Positions 38,864-47,656 of a DNA stretch of 64,000 nt are shown here, piece by piece. The stretch is taken from the NCBI GenBank assembly GCA_035712145.1, contig DASTBI010000163.1, forward strand, positions 3,241 to 67,240, read 5' to 3'. Source of the DNA: Candidatus Eiseniibacteriota bacterium (GTDB lineage: Bacteria > Eisenbacteria > RBG-16-71-46). The position numbers and the translations under genes were made by a program. The notes below the pieces were generated by a model, which was not told where the DNA came from, made no database searches, and saw only the letters and a list, made by a program, of their open reading frames with translations. How positions within the stretch are numbered: position 1 is the first letter of the stretch; each line of letters begins with the position of its first letter.

Positions 38864-39684
38864 CCCACGCGCTGCGCGGCATCGCCATCGTCACGCACCC
38901 GGTCGCCGCGGTCGGCCGGAGCGTCGTCAGGGACTCGCACCCGAAAGATACGAACCAGTTCACTGCGAAGCTCGCCTTCGTCCAGGTCGCTCTGCAGCTG
39001 GCCACGGAAGGCGATCGAGATCGCGCCGGTTTCCTCGCTGACCACGATCACTGCCGCGTCGGTCTCCTCCGAGAGTCCGAGCGCCGCCCGGTGCCGGGTG
39101 CCGAGCGTGCCCACGACTCGCGGGTTCGAAGAGAGTGGCAGGATGCACGAAGCCGCGATCACCGTCTCCTCGCGCACAATCACCGCTCCGTCGTGGAGCG
39201 GCGATCCAGGACTGAACAGGGTCACCAGCAGCTCGCCGCTCACCTTGGCATCGAGCCGCGTGCCGGTGTCCACGAAGTTGCGAAGGCCGACGTTGCGCTC
39301 CAGGGCGATCAGTCCGCCATGCCTCCGCTGGGCCAGGGTCTCGACTCCGCGCACGACTTCTCCCAGGACTCCATAGCTCTCGCCGCGCAGAAACGAGCGG
39401 AAGTACCGGGTGCGGCCGAACTGCGCCAGGGCGTGACGCAGCTCGGGCTGGAAGATGATCACGAAGGCGATGAGCCAGACGGTCTTGAGGCTGTCCGCGA
39501 TCCATTTGACCGCGATCAGGTCGAACTCACGCGCCGCGACCCCGATCAGGACGATCACCAGGAGCCCGACGTACATCTGGGCCGAGCGCGTGCCCTTGAC
39601 CAGGATGAGGAGGCGATAGAACAGCACCGCCACGAGCAGGATGTCGAGGACGTCGAGAAGCCAGAGGTCGTGGACAGGCGTCAT
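38860..39684 (-). CDS. cdaA: diadenylate cyclase CdaA (membrane-anchored DAC domain)
   Basis: Three N-terminal TM helices, then DAC-domain motifs HDGAVIV and GTRHRAALGLSEETDA. Confidence 0.93.
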   Translation of the reverse strand: MTPVHDLWLLDVLDILLVAVLFYRLLILVKGTRSAQMYVGLLVIVLIGVAAREFDLIAVKWIADSLKTVWLIAFVIIFQPELRHALAQFGRTRYFRSFLRGESYGVLGEVVRGVETLAQRRHGGLIALERNVGLRNFVDTGTRLDAKVSGELLVTLFSPGSPLHDGAVIVREETVIAASCILPLSSNPRVVGTLGTRHRAALGLSEETDAAVIVVSEETGAISIAFRGQLQSDLDEGELRSELVRIFRVRVPDDAPADRGDRVRDDGDAAQRVG

Positions 39685-39798
39685 GGTCCTGGGCCGCCGA
39701 GCAAGAGTCGAAGCGAGTCTAGCAGAGGACTCACGCGGCTCCTACGATCGTCGCCGTTTTCGTCGCGCGAAGCCGAGTGGAACACCCATGGTCGGCGA

Positions 39799-40650
39799 TC
39801 ACGAACGCCGAGCGGCGCGGCGCGCGCCTCGCAGCGCGGCCGCGACACGAGCCGCATCGCGGGTGGATTCGACGTCGTGGCTTCTCAGGATCGCGGCGCC
39901 CTGGAAGACCGCGATCGCCGACGCCGCCAATCCGCCTTCGAGCCTCCGATCGACGGGTCGATCGGTCAGCTTCATCAGGAAGCTCTTGCGTGAGACGCCG
40001 ATCACGATCGGCCGGCCGAGCGCCGCCAGCTCGTCGAGCCGGGCGAGCAGCTCGAGGTTGTGCTCGAGCGTCTTGCCGAAGCCGATGCCGGGATCGAGCG
40101 CCACGGAGCTTTCTCGAATGCCGGCGCTGCGGGCCCGGGCCAGGCGCTCCGAGAGCCACCACGCCACTTCGCGCGAGACGTCCTCGTAGCGCGGCTCGCG
40201 CTGCATGTCGGCGGGAGTGCCGCGCATGTGCATGAGCACCAGGCCGGCCCCGGCTCCCGCCACGACCGCGGCCATGTCCGGGTCTCCGAGTGCGCTCACG
40301 TCGTTGACCACCTGGACCCCGCTTTCGAGCGCCCGGCGAGCCACGGAGGCCGCGCCGGTGTCCACGGAGAGCACGGCCGCAGGCTCGCGGACGAGTGCGG
40401 TCAGCACCGGCTCCAGACGGCGCCACTGCTCGTCGGCGGGCACGGGCGAAGCCCCGGGACGAGTGCTCTCCGCGCCGACATCGAGCAGGTCGGCGCCCTG
40501 CTCGAGCAGCGAGCGGCCGTGCGCGATCGCGGCGGAGGCGTCGAGGAACCGGCCACCGTCGGAGAACGAATCGGGCGTGACGTTGAGCACGCCCATCACC
40601 AGGGCGCGGTCCGCGACATCGAAGACCCGGTCCCGGCAACGCCACTCCAA
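39799..40650 (-). CDS. folP: dihydropteroate synthase
   Basis: MGVLNVTPDSFSDGG, DVGAESTRPG, NDVS, DPGIGFGK. TTG at 40650 or ATG at 40596 as start. The listed ORF extension to 41016 overlaps the dinB-family gene. Confidence 0.92.
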   Translation of the reverse strand: MEWRCRDRVFDVADRALVMGVLNVTPDSFSDGGRFLDASAAIAHGRSLLEQGADLLDVGAESTRPGASPVPADEQWRRLEPVLTALVREPAAVLSVDTGAASVARRALESGVQVVNDVSALGDPDMAAVVAGAGAGLVLMHMRGTPADMQREPRYEDVSREVAWWLSERLARARSAGIRESSVALDPGIGFGKTLEHNLELLARLDELAALGRPIVIGVSRKSFLMKLTDRPVDRRLEGGLAASAIAVFQGAAILRSHDVESTRDAARVAAALRGARRAARRS

Positions 40651-40658
40651 ACGGAGCC

Positions 40659-41135
40659 TCAGCGAGTCAATTGGTCGCGCAGGCGCCGGATCTGGGCGGC
40701 GTGGTCGTGAGCGTGGGCGGCGTAGATCCTGAGCCAGGTCTCGGCGGTATAGCGCCCCGACTCGGTGTGCCACCCTTCCCGCTCCCAGTCCGCGCTCGAC
40801 ATGGAGGAGAGGATCTGGGCCGTGGTGGTCCGCGCGGCGCGGAACGCCTCGAGCGCCGGCGCCATGTCCCGCTCGTTGTAGCGCAGCAAGGTGGCGTAGC
40901 GCTCCTGATCGTAGCCGTGGATGATCGGCTTGTCCTCGGTCAGAAGCTTGCGCAGGCGCTGGGCCGAGATCGATTCGCTGTCGGCCAGGTGATGGACGAT
41001 CTCGCGCGCGCTCCACTTCCCCGGGAGCGGCCGAGCCGACAGACCGTCGTCCGGGAACCCCTCGAGAGCGCTCGCCACCTCCGGGTAGCCGTCTGCGTAG
41101 CGAGCAATGAGCTGCCGGCGTTCCTCAGGCGACAT
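40659..41135 (-). CDS. DinB family protein
   Basis: 158 aa four-helix-bundle type, with a His triad spread as REIVHHLADSE ... HDH. Confidence 0.82.
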   Translation of the reverse strand: MSPEERRQLIARYADGYPEVASALEGFPDDGLSARPLPGKWSAREIVHHLADSESISAQRLRKLLTEDKPIIHGYDQERYATLLRYNERDMAPALEAFRAARTTTAQILSSMSSADWEREGWHTESGRYTAETWLRIYAAHAHDHAAQIRRLRDQLTR

Positions 41136-41292
41136 GCCGTTTCCTCCGCGAATCCCGCGGGCTTTGTTCCGTTGACCTCAGCGGGCAGCGATGGTAGCAC
41201 TTACCGGCCTTTTTTCCCGCGCGAGACCGCCTCTCGCTCCACTCCACGCGCGGCGACCGGGCCTCACGTGATCTTTGGAGGGTTCCTGCCGC

Positions 41293-42750
41293 ATGTCGCG
41301 CTTCAGCGTGCGCCTGGTCGTTGTCGCCGCCGTCCTGTTCGCGTCACCGGCATTCGCCCAAATCACCGGCCGGCCCATCGAAGTGTCGGGGCAGCTCGGC
41401 TGGTCGGCCCCCGACGCCCGGGCCCACGTGAAGAGCGGCCTGGCGTTCGGCGGCTCGGTGGGCATGCGAATGCTGCCATGGCTGGTGCTCGAAGGTCAGG
41501 CCTACATGGCGCCGTCCGAGGCCGACACCTTTCCCGAGCCGAGCCATGATTTCACCTCCCTCGGGCTCGACGTGCGGATCAACGTCCGGCCCGGTGACAG
41601 CCGCGTCGTCCCGTACCTCATCTACGGGCTCGCGGCCTTGAAGAGCTCGACCACCGGCACGCCTCCGGACGATCTCACGCGCGGCACTCCGAGTCTCGGG
41701 GCGGGCGCGCTCATCAACCTCCGCAACCAGCGCAGCTACCTTCGGATTCAGATCCGCGACTCGTTCTTCCGCCAGCGTGACGCCAAGGAGTCCGACAACG
41801 ACTTCGTGGTGACCGCGGGTCTTCACTGGTTGTTCGGCGGCAAGGAGAAGGACACCGACCTCGACTCTGTGCGCGAGTGGCTCGACGCCTGTCCGGGAAC
41901 GCCGATCGGGGCCAAGGTGAACGCGCAGGGCTGTTCGATCGACGCCGACCGCGACAGTGTCGCGGATGGCCTCGACCAGTGCGTGAACACGCCCCCGGGC
42001 TGCAAGGTCGACGCCAAGGGCTGCCCGACGGACGCGGACGGCGACGGCGTGTGCGACGGCGTGGATACGTGTCCGGACACGCCGCAGGGAACGTCCGTCG
42101 ACGAGAAGGGCTGTCCCAACGACACCGACGCCGATGGCGTCAAGACGCCGACCGATCAGTGTCCCGACACGCCCAAGGGCGCGATCGTGGACGAGAAGGG
42201 CTGCCCGAGGGACGCCGACTCGGACGGCGTGTTCGACGGTCTCGACCAGTGCCCCGAGACGGCGACGGGGATGAAGGTGAACGCGCAGGGTTGCCCGACC
42301 GAAGTGCTCGAGAAGGAAAAGGAGCTGTTCGACACCGGCATGATCCGTCTCCAGAACGTGAGCTTCGCCACCGGCAAAGCGGAGCTGCTCTCCGCGAGCT
42401 TCGGCGTGCTCGACGTCGTGGGCCAGGTCCTCAGACGCTGGCCCGAGCTCAAGATCGAGATTGGCGCCCACACCGACAACCGCGGGGCGGACCGGGAAAA
42501 TCAGCGCCTCTCCGAAGCCCGCGCCCGGTCGGTGCTGGACTATCTCGTCCAGAAGTATCCGGACGTCGGCCGCGCACGGTTCACGCCCAAGGGATACGGA
42601 GAGAGCCGGCCGCTGGTCCCCAACACCAGCGAAGCCAACATGACGCGGAATCGCCGAGTGGAGTTCGTGGTGACCAACCGCGACCAGCTGAGGCGCGACG
42701 CCCAGAAGCGCCGCGAGCAGCAGCAGAGCGCTCCGGAGACGCCGAGGTAA
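41293..42750 (+). CDS. OmpA family outer membrane protein with thrombospondin type-3 (TSP3) repeats
   Basis: Signal peptide ...ASPAFAQ, an N-terminal small beta-barrel, repeated DxDxDGVxDxxDxCP calcium-binding repeats, and the OmpA_C block NVSFATGKAEL...TDNRG...NQRLSEARA...NRRVEF. Confidence 0.9.
   Translation: MSRFSVRLVVVAAVLFASPAFAQITGRPIEVSGQLGWSAPDARAHVKSGLAFGGSVGMRMLPWLVLEGQAYMAPSEADTFPEPSHDFTSLGLDVRINVRPGDSRVVPYLIYGLAALKSSTTGTPPDDLTRGTPSLGAGALINLRNQRSYLRIQIRDSFFRQRDAKESDNDFVVTAGLHWLFGGKEKDTDLDSVREWLDACPGTPIGAKVNAQGCSIDADRDSVADGLDQCVNTPPGCKVDAKGCPTDADGDGVCDGVDTCPDTPQGTSVDEKGCPNDTDADGVKTPTDQCPDTPKGAIVDEKGCPRDADSDGVFDGLDQCPETATGMKVNAQGCPTEVLEKEKELFDTGMIRLQNVSFATGKAELLSASFGVLDVVGQVLRRWPELKIEIGAHTDNRGADRENQRLSEARARSVLDYLVQKYPDVGRARFTPKGYGESRPLVPNTSEANMTRNRRVEFVVTNRDQLRRDAQKRREQQQSAPETPR
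41935..42300 (+). repeat. in-frame DNA/protein repeats encoding TSP3 motifs
   Basis: Five to six copies of (K/E)GCP.D.D.DGV.D..D.CP.TP.G are visible in the translation. These are coding repeats, not a CRISPR or satellite. Confidence 0.75.
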
Positions 42751-42766
42751 TCGCGCAAACGACGAC

Positions 42767-42787
42767 GGGCGGCCCATCGGGCCGCCC
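42767..42787. terminator. perfect 9-bp GC hairpin between convergent ompA-like and Kelch genes
   Basis: gggcggccc-atc-gggccgccc. The minus-strand side has a weak T-run (gtcgtcgttt). Confidence 0.45.
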
Positions 42788-42807
42788 GCCCCGTCATCCC
42801 GGTGGGA

Positions 42808-44313
42808 TCAGCGAATCACCGCGATGCGCACCACTTCCATCCCCGCGGGCCTCGCCAGACGCACGAAGTAGGTTCCGCGCGGAACCGACTGCCCGGCGCG
42901 AGGCCACTCGTGGCGGGACGCGCCGGCGGTCATCATCCCCTGGTACAGCCGTGCGACGACGCGACCCTGGAGGTCGATCACGTCGATGCGGACCGGCTCG
43001 CTCTGATCGAGCGAGACTTCCACGCCGCTCGCCAGGGGCTTGAGCTTGCGGCTCTTGTTCGCCAGGCTGGAGCCTTGCACGTTCAATGACGTCGAGCCGC
43101 TGAACGGCTGGCCGTCCGCGCGGACGCCGGTCAGTCTCAGGTCGTAGAGGCCGGCCGGTCGGTTGGCGAACGCCGCGCGCGGAAACTTGACGTCGACCTC
43201 GGTCTCGGAGATCGAGATCGGCCCACTGAGGTCGGGCGCGATCCCGTCGAGTCTCAGTGACTCCAGCTGAATGTCGGTCCCCGGGAACCCGTTCGGCACG
43301 ATGTGCGCCGAGATCCACTGCCCGTTGCTGCTGGCGTTGAGCGCGGCGGGGTTGAGCGTGATCGTCACGGTCAGACTGTCGCCAGACGGCGGAGGAGGCG
43401 GCGGAGGCGCAACGACACACTGGGAGAACGCCGACGAGCTCGGCATGCCCGACGCGTCCATGCCTCCGGCGACGACGAGACAGTTGGCGAGCGAGCCCAC
43501 CGATGCGACCGCGACCGCGGCCGGAAGCACGTCCTCGGAGCGCCACACGCCGTCCGATCCCGCGCTGTAGACACGGTCGCTGCGCATGAACGAGCCGTCC
43601 ATGCCGCCCACGACCCACACGCGTCCATCCAGCACGCCGGCCGCCGGGAACCACAGAGGCTCCGGCAGTGCAGGTCCCGCACTCCACGATCCACTCGCCG
43701 GATCGAAGCGCTCGACCAGGCTCGAGGGCATTCCGTCGTACCCACCGATCACCCACAGCCTGCCTCCCAGCACCGCTCCGGCGACGCCGGTGCGCGGCGT
43801 GGGAAGCGCGGCCACCGGGCTCCACGCGTTGGCGCCGGGATCGAAGCGGAAGCAGGGCGCGAGCGGATGTCCGTCCTCGCCCTGGCCGCCGGCCACGTAG
43901 AGTTCATCACCCACGGCGAAGGCGGCGCCGGAGGCGCGCGCCATCGGCATCGCGGCGACGCCGGACCATGAGCCGGCCGCCGCGTCGAAGCGCTCGGCCG
44001 TCGCCGAGGGCACGCCGTTCACGTCGAGACCGCCAAAGGCGAAGACGAAGGACTGGGTCGCGGCGACGCCGGCCGTCATGCGCGGCTCGGAGAGCGAAGG
44101 CAACGATCCCCAGGTGGTGCCGTCCCAGGCCACGACGCTGGAGGAGATCTGGCCGTTGAAACCACCGACCAGATAGAGACGCCCGCCTTGGCTCGCGGCG
44201 CCCGCGCCGAAGCTCGCTTCAGGAAGCGAAGTGAGCGGCGTCCACGCGGCGACGGAAGGGTGCACGTCCGTGAGCAGCCCGATCAGGACGAGAAGCGAAG
44301 CTCCACGAAGCAC
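42808..44313 (-). CDS. Kelch-repeat protein with Pro-rich linker, Ig-like region and T9SS/FlgD-Ig-like C-terminal domain
   Basis: GTG at 44313 after GGAGG with a signal-like LRGASLLVLIGLL. Five to six Kelch motifs (LYLVGG..., LYVAGG..., LWVIGGYDG..., VWVVGGMDG) and PPPPPPP. The tail is VRIDVIDLQGRVVARLYQG...GTYFVRLARPAGMEVVRIAVIR. Confidence 0.85.
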   Translation of the reverse strand: MLRGASLLVLIGLLTDVHPSVAAWTPLTSLPEASFGAGAASQGGRLYLVGGFNGQISSSVVAWDGTTWGSLPSLSEPRMTAGVAATQSFVFAFGGLDVNGVPSATAERFDAAAGSWSGVAAMPMARASGAAFAVGDELYVAGGQGEDGHPLAPCFRFDPGANAWSPVAALPTPRTGVAGAVLGGRLWVIGGYDGMPSSLVERFDPASGSWSAGPALPEPLWFPAAGVLDGRVWVVGGMDGSFMRSDRVYSAGSDGVWRSEDVLPAAVAVASVGSLANCLVVAGGMDASGMPSSSAFSQCVVAPPPPPPPSGDSLTVTITLNPAALNASSNGQWISAHIVPNGFPGTDIQLESLRLDGIAPDLSGPISISETEVDVKFPRAAFANRPAGLYDLRLTGVRADGQPFSGSTSLNVQGSSLANKSRKLKPLASGVEVSLDQSEPVRIDVIDLQGRVVARLYQGMMTAGASRHEWPRAGQSVPRGTYFVRLARPAGMEVVRIAVIR

Positions 44314-44508
44314 GGGACTGCACCTCCGTTGGGCGTTCGGGGAATACGGCCAAGGGAGCAAGGAGCAATCCGCGGGCCCCGCGCGATTCCATGGGGTTAG
44401 CGCCGCGCGCCGTGCAGCACGCGTGAAACCGCGCACGGATGGGGAAAAAGGCCCGTGCGCGCTGCAGGGGGGATGTGGCGAACCGCGAGGGTCCGACGCT
44501 CGCAGCGT

Positions 44509-46002
44509 CTATGTGCGCTGCTTCTTCTTCTCGGCGGCGGGGAACAGGACGTTGTTGAGGATGAGTCGGTAGCCGGGCGAGTGCCGGAACTTGCTGAGGT
44601 CGGTGGCGGGATCGCCGACCATGTGCTGGTAGTCCTCGGGATCGTGGCCGCCCAGGAAGGTGAAGGTCCCGCGGCCGAACTGCCCGTGCAGGTACTTGAT
44701 CTCCTCGGTCCCCTCGACCTCACCCAGGGAGACCACGCCACTCTTCATGCGGGAGCGGCGGAATCCGGTCGTCTGGCCCAGGAATTCGGCGACCGCGTTC
44801 ATGTGGTTCTGGACCAGCATGGTGGGCACCGGGTCGTTCTTGGCCGAGAAGTCGAACAGCGTGAACCAGGTGTTGGGTCCGCGCAGGGACGCTTCCTGGG
44901 TCATGTCGATGTCGGAGAAGCGATAGATCATCGGATCGGTCTCGAGCCGGAAGTCCTTGAACGCCAGCGTGCGGCTGAAGTCCAGCTTCTTCTGGGCCAG
45001 GGGATCCGGAGGATCGCCGTCGTACACGATGTCCGCGATGTCGGCGCCGTTGGCCGCCAGCGCGATGTCGTAGGTATCGGTGGCCGAGCACATGCCGAAC
45101 ATGAAGCCGCCGCGCGAGATGTAATCCTTGATCGTGATCGCCACCGCGGTCTTGAGCTGAGTGACCTTGGCGTAGCCGAGCTTGCGCGCCATCCCCATCT
45201 GGACCGCTTCCTCCTCCTGGTACCAGGGGAAGTTGTGGTAGGCGGCGTAGAACTTTCCGTGCTGCGCGGTGAAGTCCTCGTGGTGGAGGTGCAACCAGTC
45301 GTACTTCGCCAGGTCCCCTTTGAGCACCTCCTCGTCCCACAGCTTGGTGTAGGGAATGTCCGCGTATTCGAGCGCGAGCGTCACCGCGTCGTCCCAGGGC
45401 GGCGTGTTGAGAGGAATGTAGACGGCGACCTTCGGCGCCTTCTCGAGCGCCACGACCTCCATGTTCTCGTCGGCGATCTGGGCGCGGATCGACGCTTCCT
45501 GACTTCCGCTGACACGCTCGAAGGACACGCCGCGAATGTTCGCCTCGCGCTCCGTGGCTTCTCCGTCGTCGAGCAGGAAGGAGCCGCCGCGATAGTTGAG
45601 GAGCCACTCCGCTCGTTGCCCTTTGGTCAGCGCCCAGTAGGCGAGACCGTACGCCTTGAGATGGTCGGTCTGCCGATCGTCCATCGCCACCAGGAGCTTG
45701 GCCGCGACGGGAGCAGGGTTCGCCGCCACCAGGCCAAGACCGAGCAGGAAGACGACCGGGATCATCTCGATCAGCTCGGCGTAGGAGCGACGCTCTCCCG
45801 GCTGCCGCGGTGGCTCGACCGGCGTGGGCGGCGAAGCGCCGCGCATCTCGCGCGTTCTCGCGCCCCGCATGAGCAGCAGGGTGAAGCCGAGCGCCAGCGC
45901 CGCGGCCACGAGCGTGAGCACGGCGATCGGAAGCGCCAGCAACGCCTGTCCGGCGCCTCGCCCGACCGGAACCCACCTCCATCTCCAGAGCTTGACGATC
46001 AT
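44509..46002 (-). CDS. membrane-anchored conserved hypothetical protein (class I glutamine-amidotransferase-like fold suspected; family often labelled 'asparagine synthetase B')
   Basis: Two hydrophobic N-terminal segments, then KLLVAMDDRQTDHLKAYGLAYWAL...WLLNYRGGSFLL...GGFMFGMCSATDTY. The last block is nucleophile-elbow-like. The fold assignment is recollection only. Confidence 0.65.
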   Translation of the reverse strand: MIVKLWRWRWVPVGRGAGQALLALPIAVLTLVAAALALGFTLLLMRGARTREMRGASPPTPVEPPRQPGERRSYAELIEMIPVVFLLGLGLVAANPAPVAAKLLVAMDDRQTDHLKAYGLAYWALTKGQRAEWLLNYRGGSFLLDDGEATEREANIRGVSFERVSGSQEASIRAQIADENMEVVALEKAPKVAVYIPLNTPPWDDAVTLALEYADIPYTKLWDEEVLKGDLAKYDWLHLHHEDFTAQHGKFYAAYHNFPWYQEEEAVQMGMARKLGYAKVTQLKTAVAITIKDYISRGGFMFGMCSATDTYDIALAANGADIADIVYDGDPPDPLAQKKLDFSRTLAFKDFRLETDPMIYRFSDIDMTQEASLRGPNTWFTLFDFSAKNDPVPTMLVQNHMNAVAEFLGQTTGFRRSRMKSGVVSLGEVEGTEEIKYLHGQFGRGTFTFLGGHDPEDYQHMVGDPATDLSKFRHSPGYRLILNNVLFPAAEKKKQRT

Positions 46003-46009
46003 CGTTCTC

Positions 46010-47656
46010 TCAGAAGCGCCGATCCCGCTTGAGCGCTTCGACCCGGCGCCGCACCTCGGGCGCGTTCCATGCCTTGGGGTATCTCGCCAGGCACTCTTCG
46101 TACTGGGCGAGCGCCTTGGCGTCATCATGATACGCATTCCGGTACACATCGCCGGCACGCTGCCGGGCGAGCGGCGCCAGCCGATCGTTGGGCAGCCCCT
46201 CGGCCAGGGCCAGCAGAGGCTCGAGGGCGCCCTTGCCATCTCCGCTCTTCTCGCGCAGGGCGGCGAGCGTGATGGCCGATTGGGCCCACAACGACGCCCG
46301 CGGCAGGGTCCGGTAGAGCGAATCGGCCATGCCCATCGCCCGCCGCGTATCGTTCCGCCACTGCTCGTAGGCGAGGCGCCCGAAGGCCGGCAGCGCCTCC
46401 TTGGGGCGCGCCTCCTCGATCGTGTAGATGCGCTCGAGCGCGGCGCCGGTGAACGGTCCGGACGCGTCCTTGCTGGCTCGCTCGTACCACGCCAGCGCGG
46501 AATCGGGCTGCCCGGCGAAGAAGAGCGCCTCCGCATAGTGAAACGTCGCGGTCGAGGAGCTTCCGGCGAGGCCCTTGAGCGGCTCGAGCGCGCGTTCGGG
46601 CGGGCCGTCGCGCAGATCGTTGAGCGCGTGCTCGACGGCGATCTCCGGCAGACCGGCCTTCTGCTCGCCGAGCGCCTGCAGCAGCCGGCGGGCGTCCTCG
46701 GTCGCGCCGGCCTCGCGCAGACCCCGGATCACTTCGATGGCCAGCGGGCTCCCCCATTTGCCGACCGGGATGTCCTGCAGCGCCCGAGCGATGCGCGGCG
46801 CGCCCTCGCGTGCCGCGGCGCGGCGCTCGTAGATCTCCCAGGCGCGGCGGGCGGCCACCAGCCGATACGGAAGATCGCGACCGCGATCGCCGGACAGATC
46901 GATCAGCACCTCGATCGCCCCCGAGGAGTCCCGCGCCGCTCCGGTCGCCAGCAGCTCCTCGGCGAAGCTCCAGCGAAGCGGGGCGCCCTTGTAGGTCTCG
47001 TCGGCGCTCTTCAGCAGACGCATCGCGCCCGGCGCGTCGCCACTGCTCCAGGTGACCGCGGCCGCCCCGCGCACGAGGTCGGTGCGCATCGGGAAGCTCG
47101 CGGCCACCCGCTGCGTCACCTCGCGCACGCCCTTGGGATCGGCGGTCACCAGGCTGTCGAGCTTCGTTCTCGCCCACATGCCGTAGATCGGCGAGGCCAC
47201 CCAGGCTTCGAGCGCTGTCTGCGCCGCTTCCCGTGGCTTTCCGAGCCGCTGGCAGGCGAGGGTCAGATCCTCGCCCAGCAGCAGCGAGTCGCGCGCGGCG
47301 CTCCGCTCGGAGCGCGCCAGTTGCTCCAGCTGGCGCCACGCGCCCCGGGCCTGGAGGACGCTGGCCATCTCGATCAGCACTTCGGGATGGTGCGGCGCCC
47401 GGGCGAGTGCCCGGTTGAGCGTGTCCTTCGCCGCATCCAGGCGACCGGCCTCGGCCTGGGCGCGCCCGCGCTCGACCTGCGCGCGGACGTCGAGCGGCAG
47501 TGAGGGAATCTCGCGCTCGGGAAGTCGCGGCCCAGCCAACGGGACGCGATGCTCGAAGAAGCGCCTCTGTGGCGGACTACCTTGAGCCAGAGCCGGTCCC
47601 GCGAACGCGGCGAGGACCAGCACGAGGCCGGTCGCAGCGCCGAGTCTTCGGCTCAA
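46010..47656 (-). CDS. secreted TPR/helical-repeat protein
   Basis: The TTG start overlaps the upstream stop (TTGA). Signal peptide LVLVLAAFAGPALAQ. TPR-like helices throughout. Confidence 0.8.
   Translation of the reverse strand: MSRRLGAATGLVLVLAAFAGPALAQGSPPQRRFFEHRVPLAGPRLPEREIPSLPLDVRAQVERGRAQAEAGRLDAAKDTLNRALARAPHHPEVLIEMASVLQARGAWRQLEQLARSERSAARDSLLLGEDLTLACQRLGKPREAAQTALEAWVASPIYGMWARTKLDSLVTADPKGVREVTQRVAASFPMRTDLVRGAAAVTWSSGDAPGAMRLLKSADETYKGAPLRWSFAEELLATGAARDSSGAIEVLIDLSGDRGRDLPYRLVAARRAWEIYERRAAAREGAPRIARALQDIPVGKWGSPLAIEVIRGLREAGATEDARRLLQALGEQKAGLPEIAVEHALNDLRDGPPERALEPLKGLAGSSSTATFHYAEALFFAGQPDSALAWYERASKDASGPFTGAALERIYTIEEARPKEALPAFGRLAYEQWRNDTRRAMGMADSLYRTLPRASLWAQSAITLAALREKSGDGKGALEPLLALAEGLPNDRLAPLARQRAGDVYRNAYHDDAKALAQYEECLARYPKAWNAPEVRRRVEALKRDRRF

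Noticed and set aside
41935-42300. Periodic DNA repeats that could be mistaken for a repeat array or CRISPR
   Set aside because: They are in frame and encode calcium-binding TSP3 motifs of the OmpA-family protein. The spacing is irregular and there are no spacer-like unique segments.
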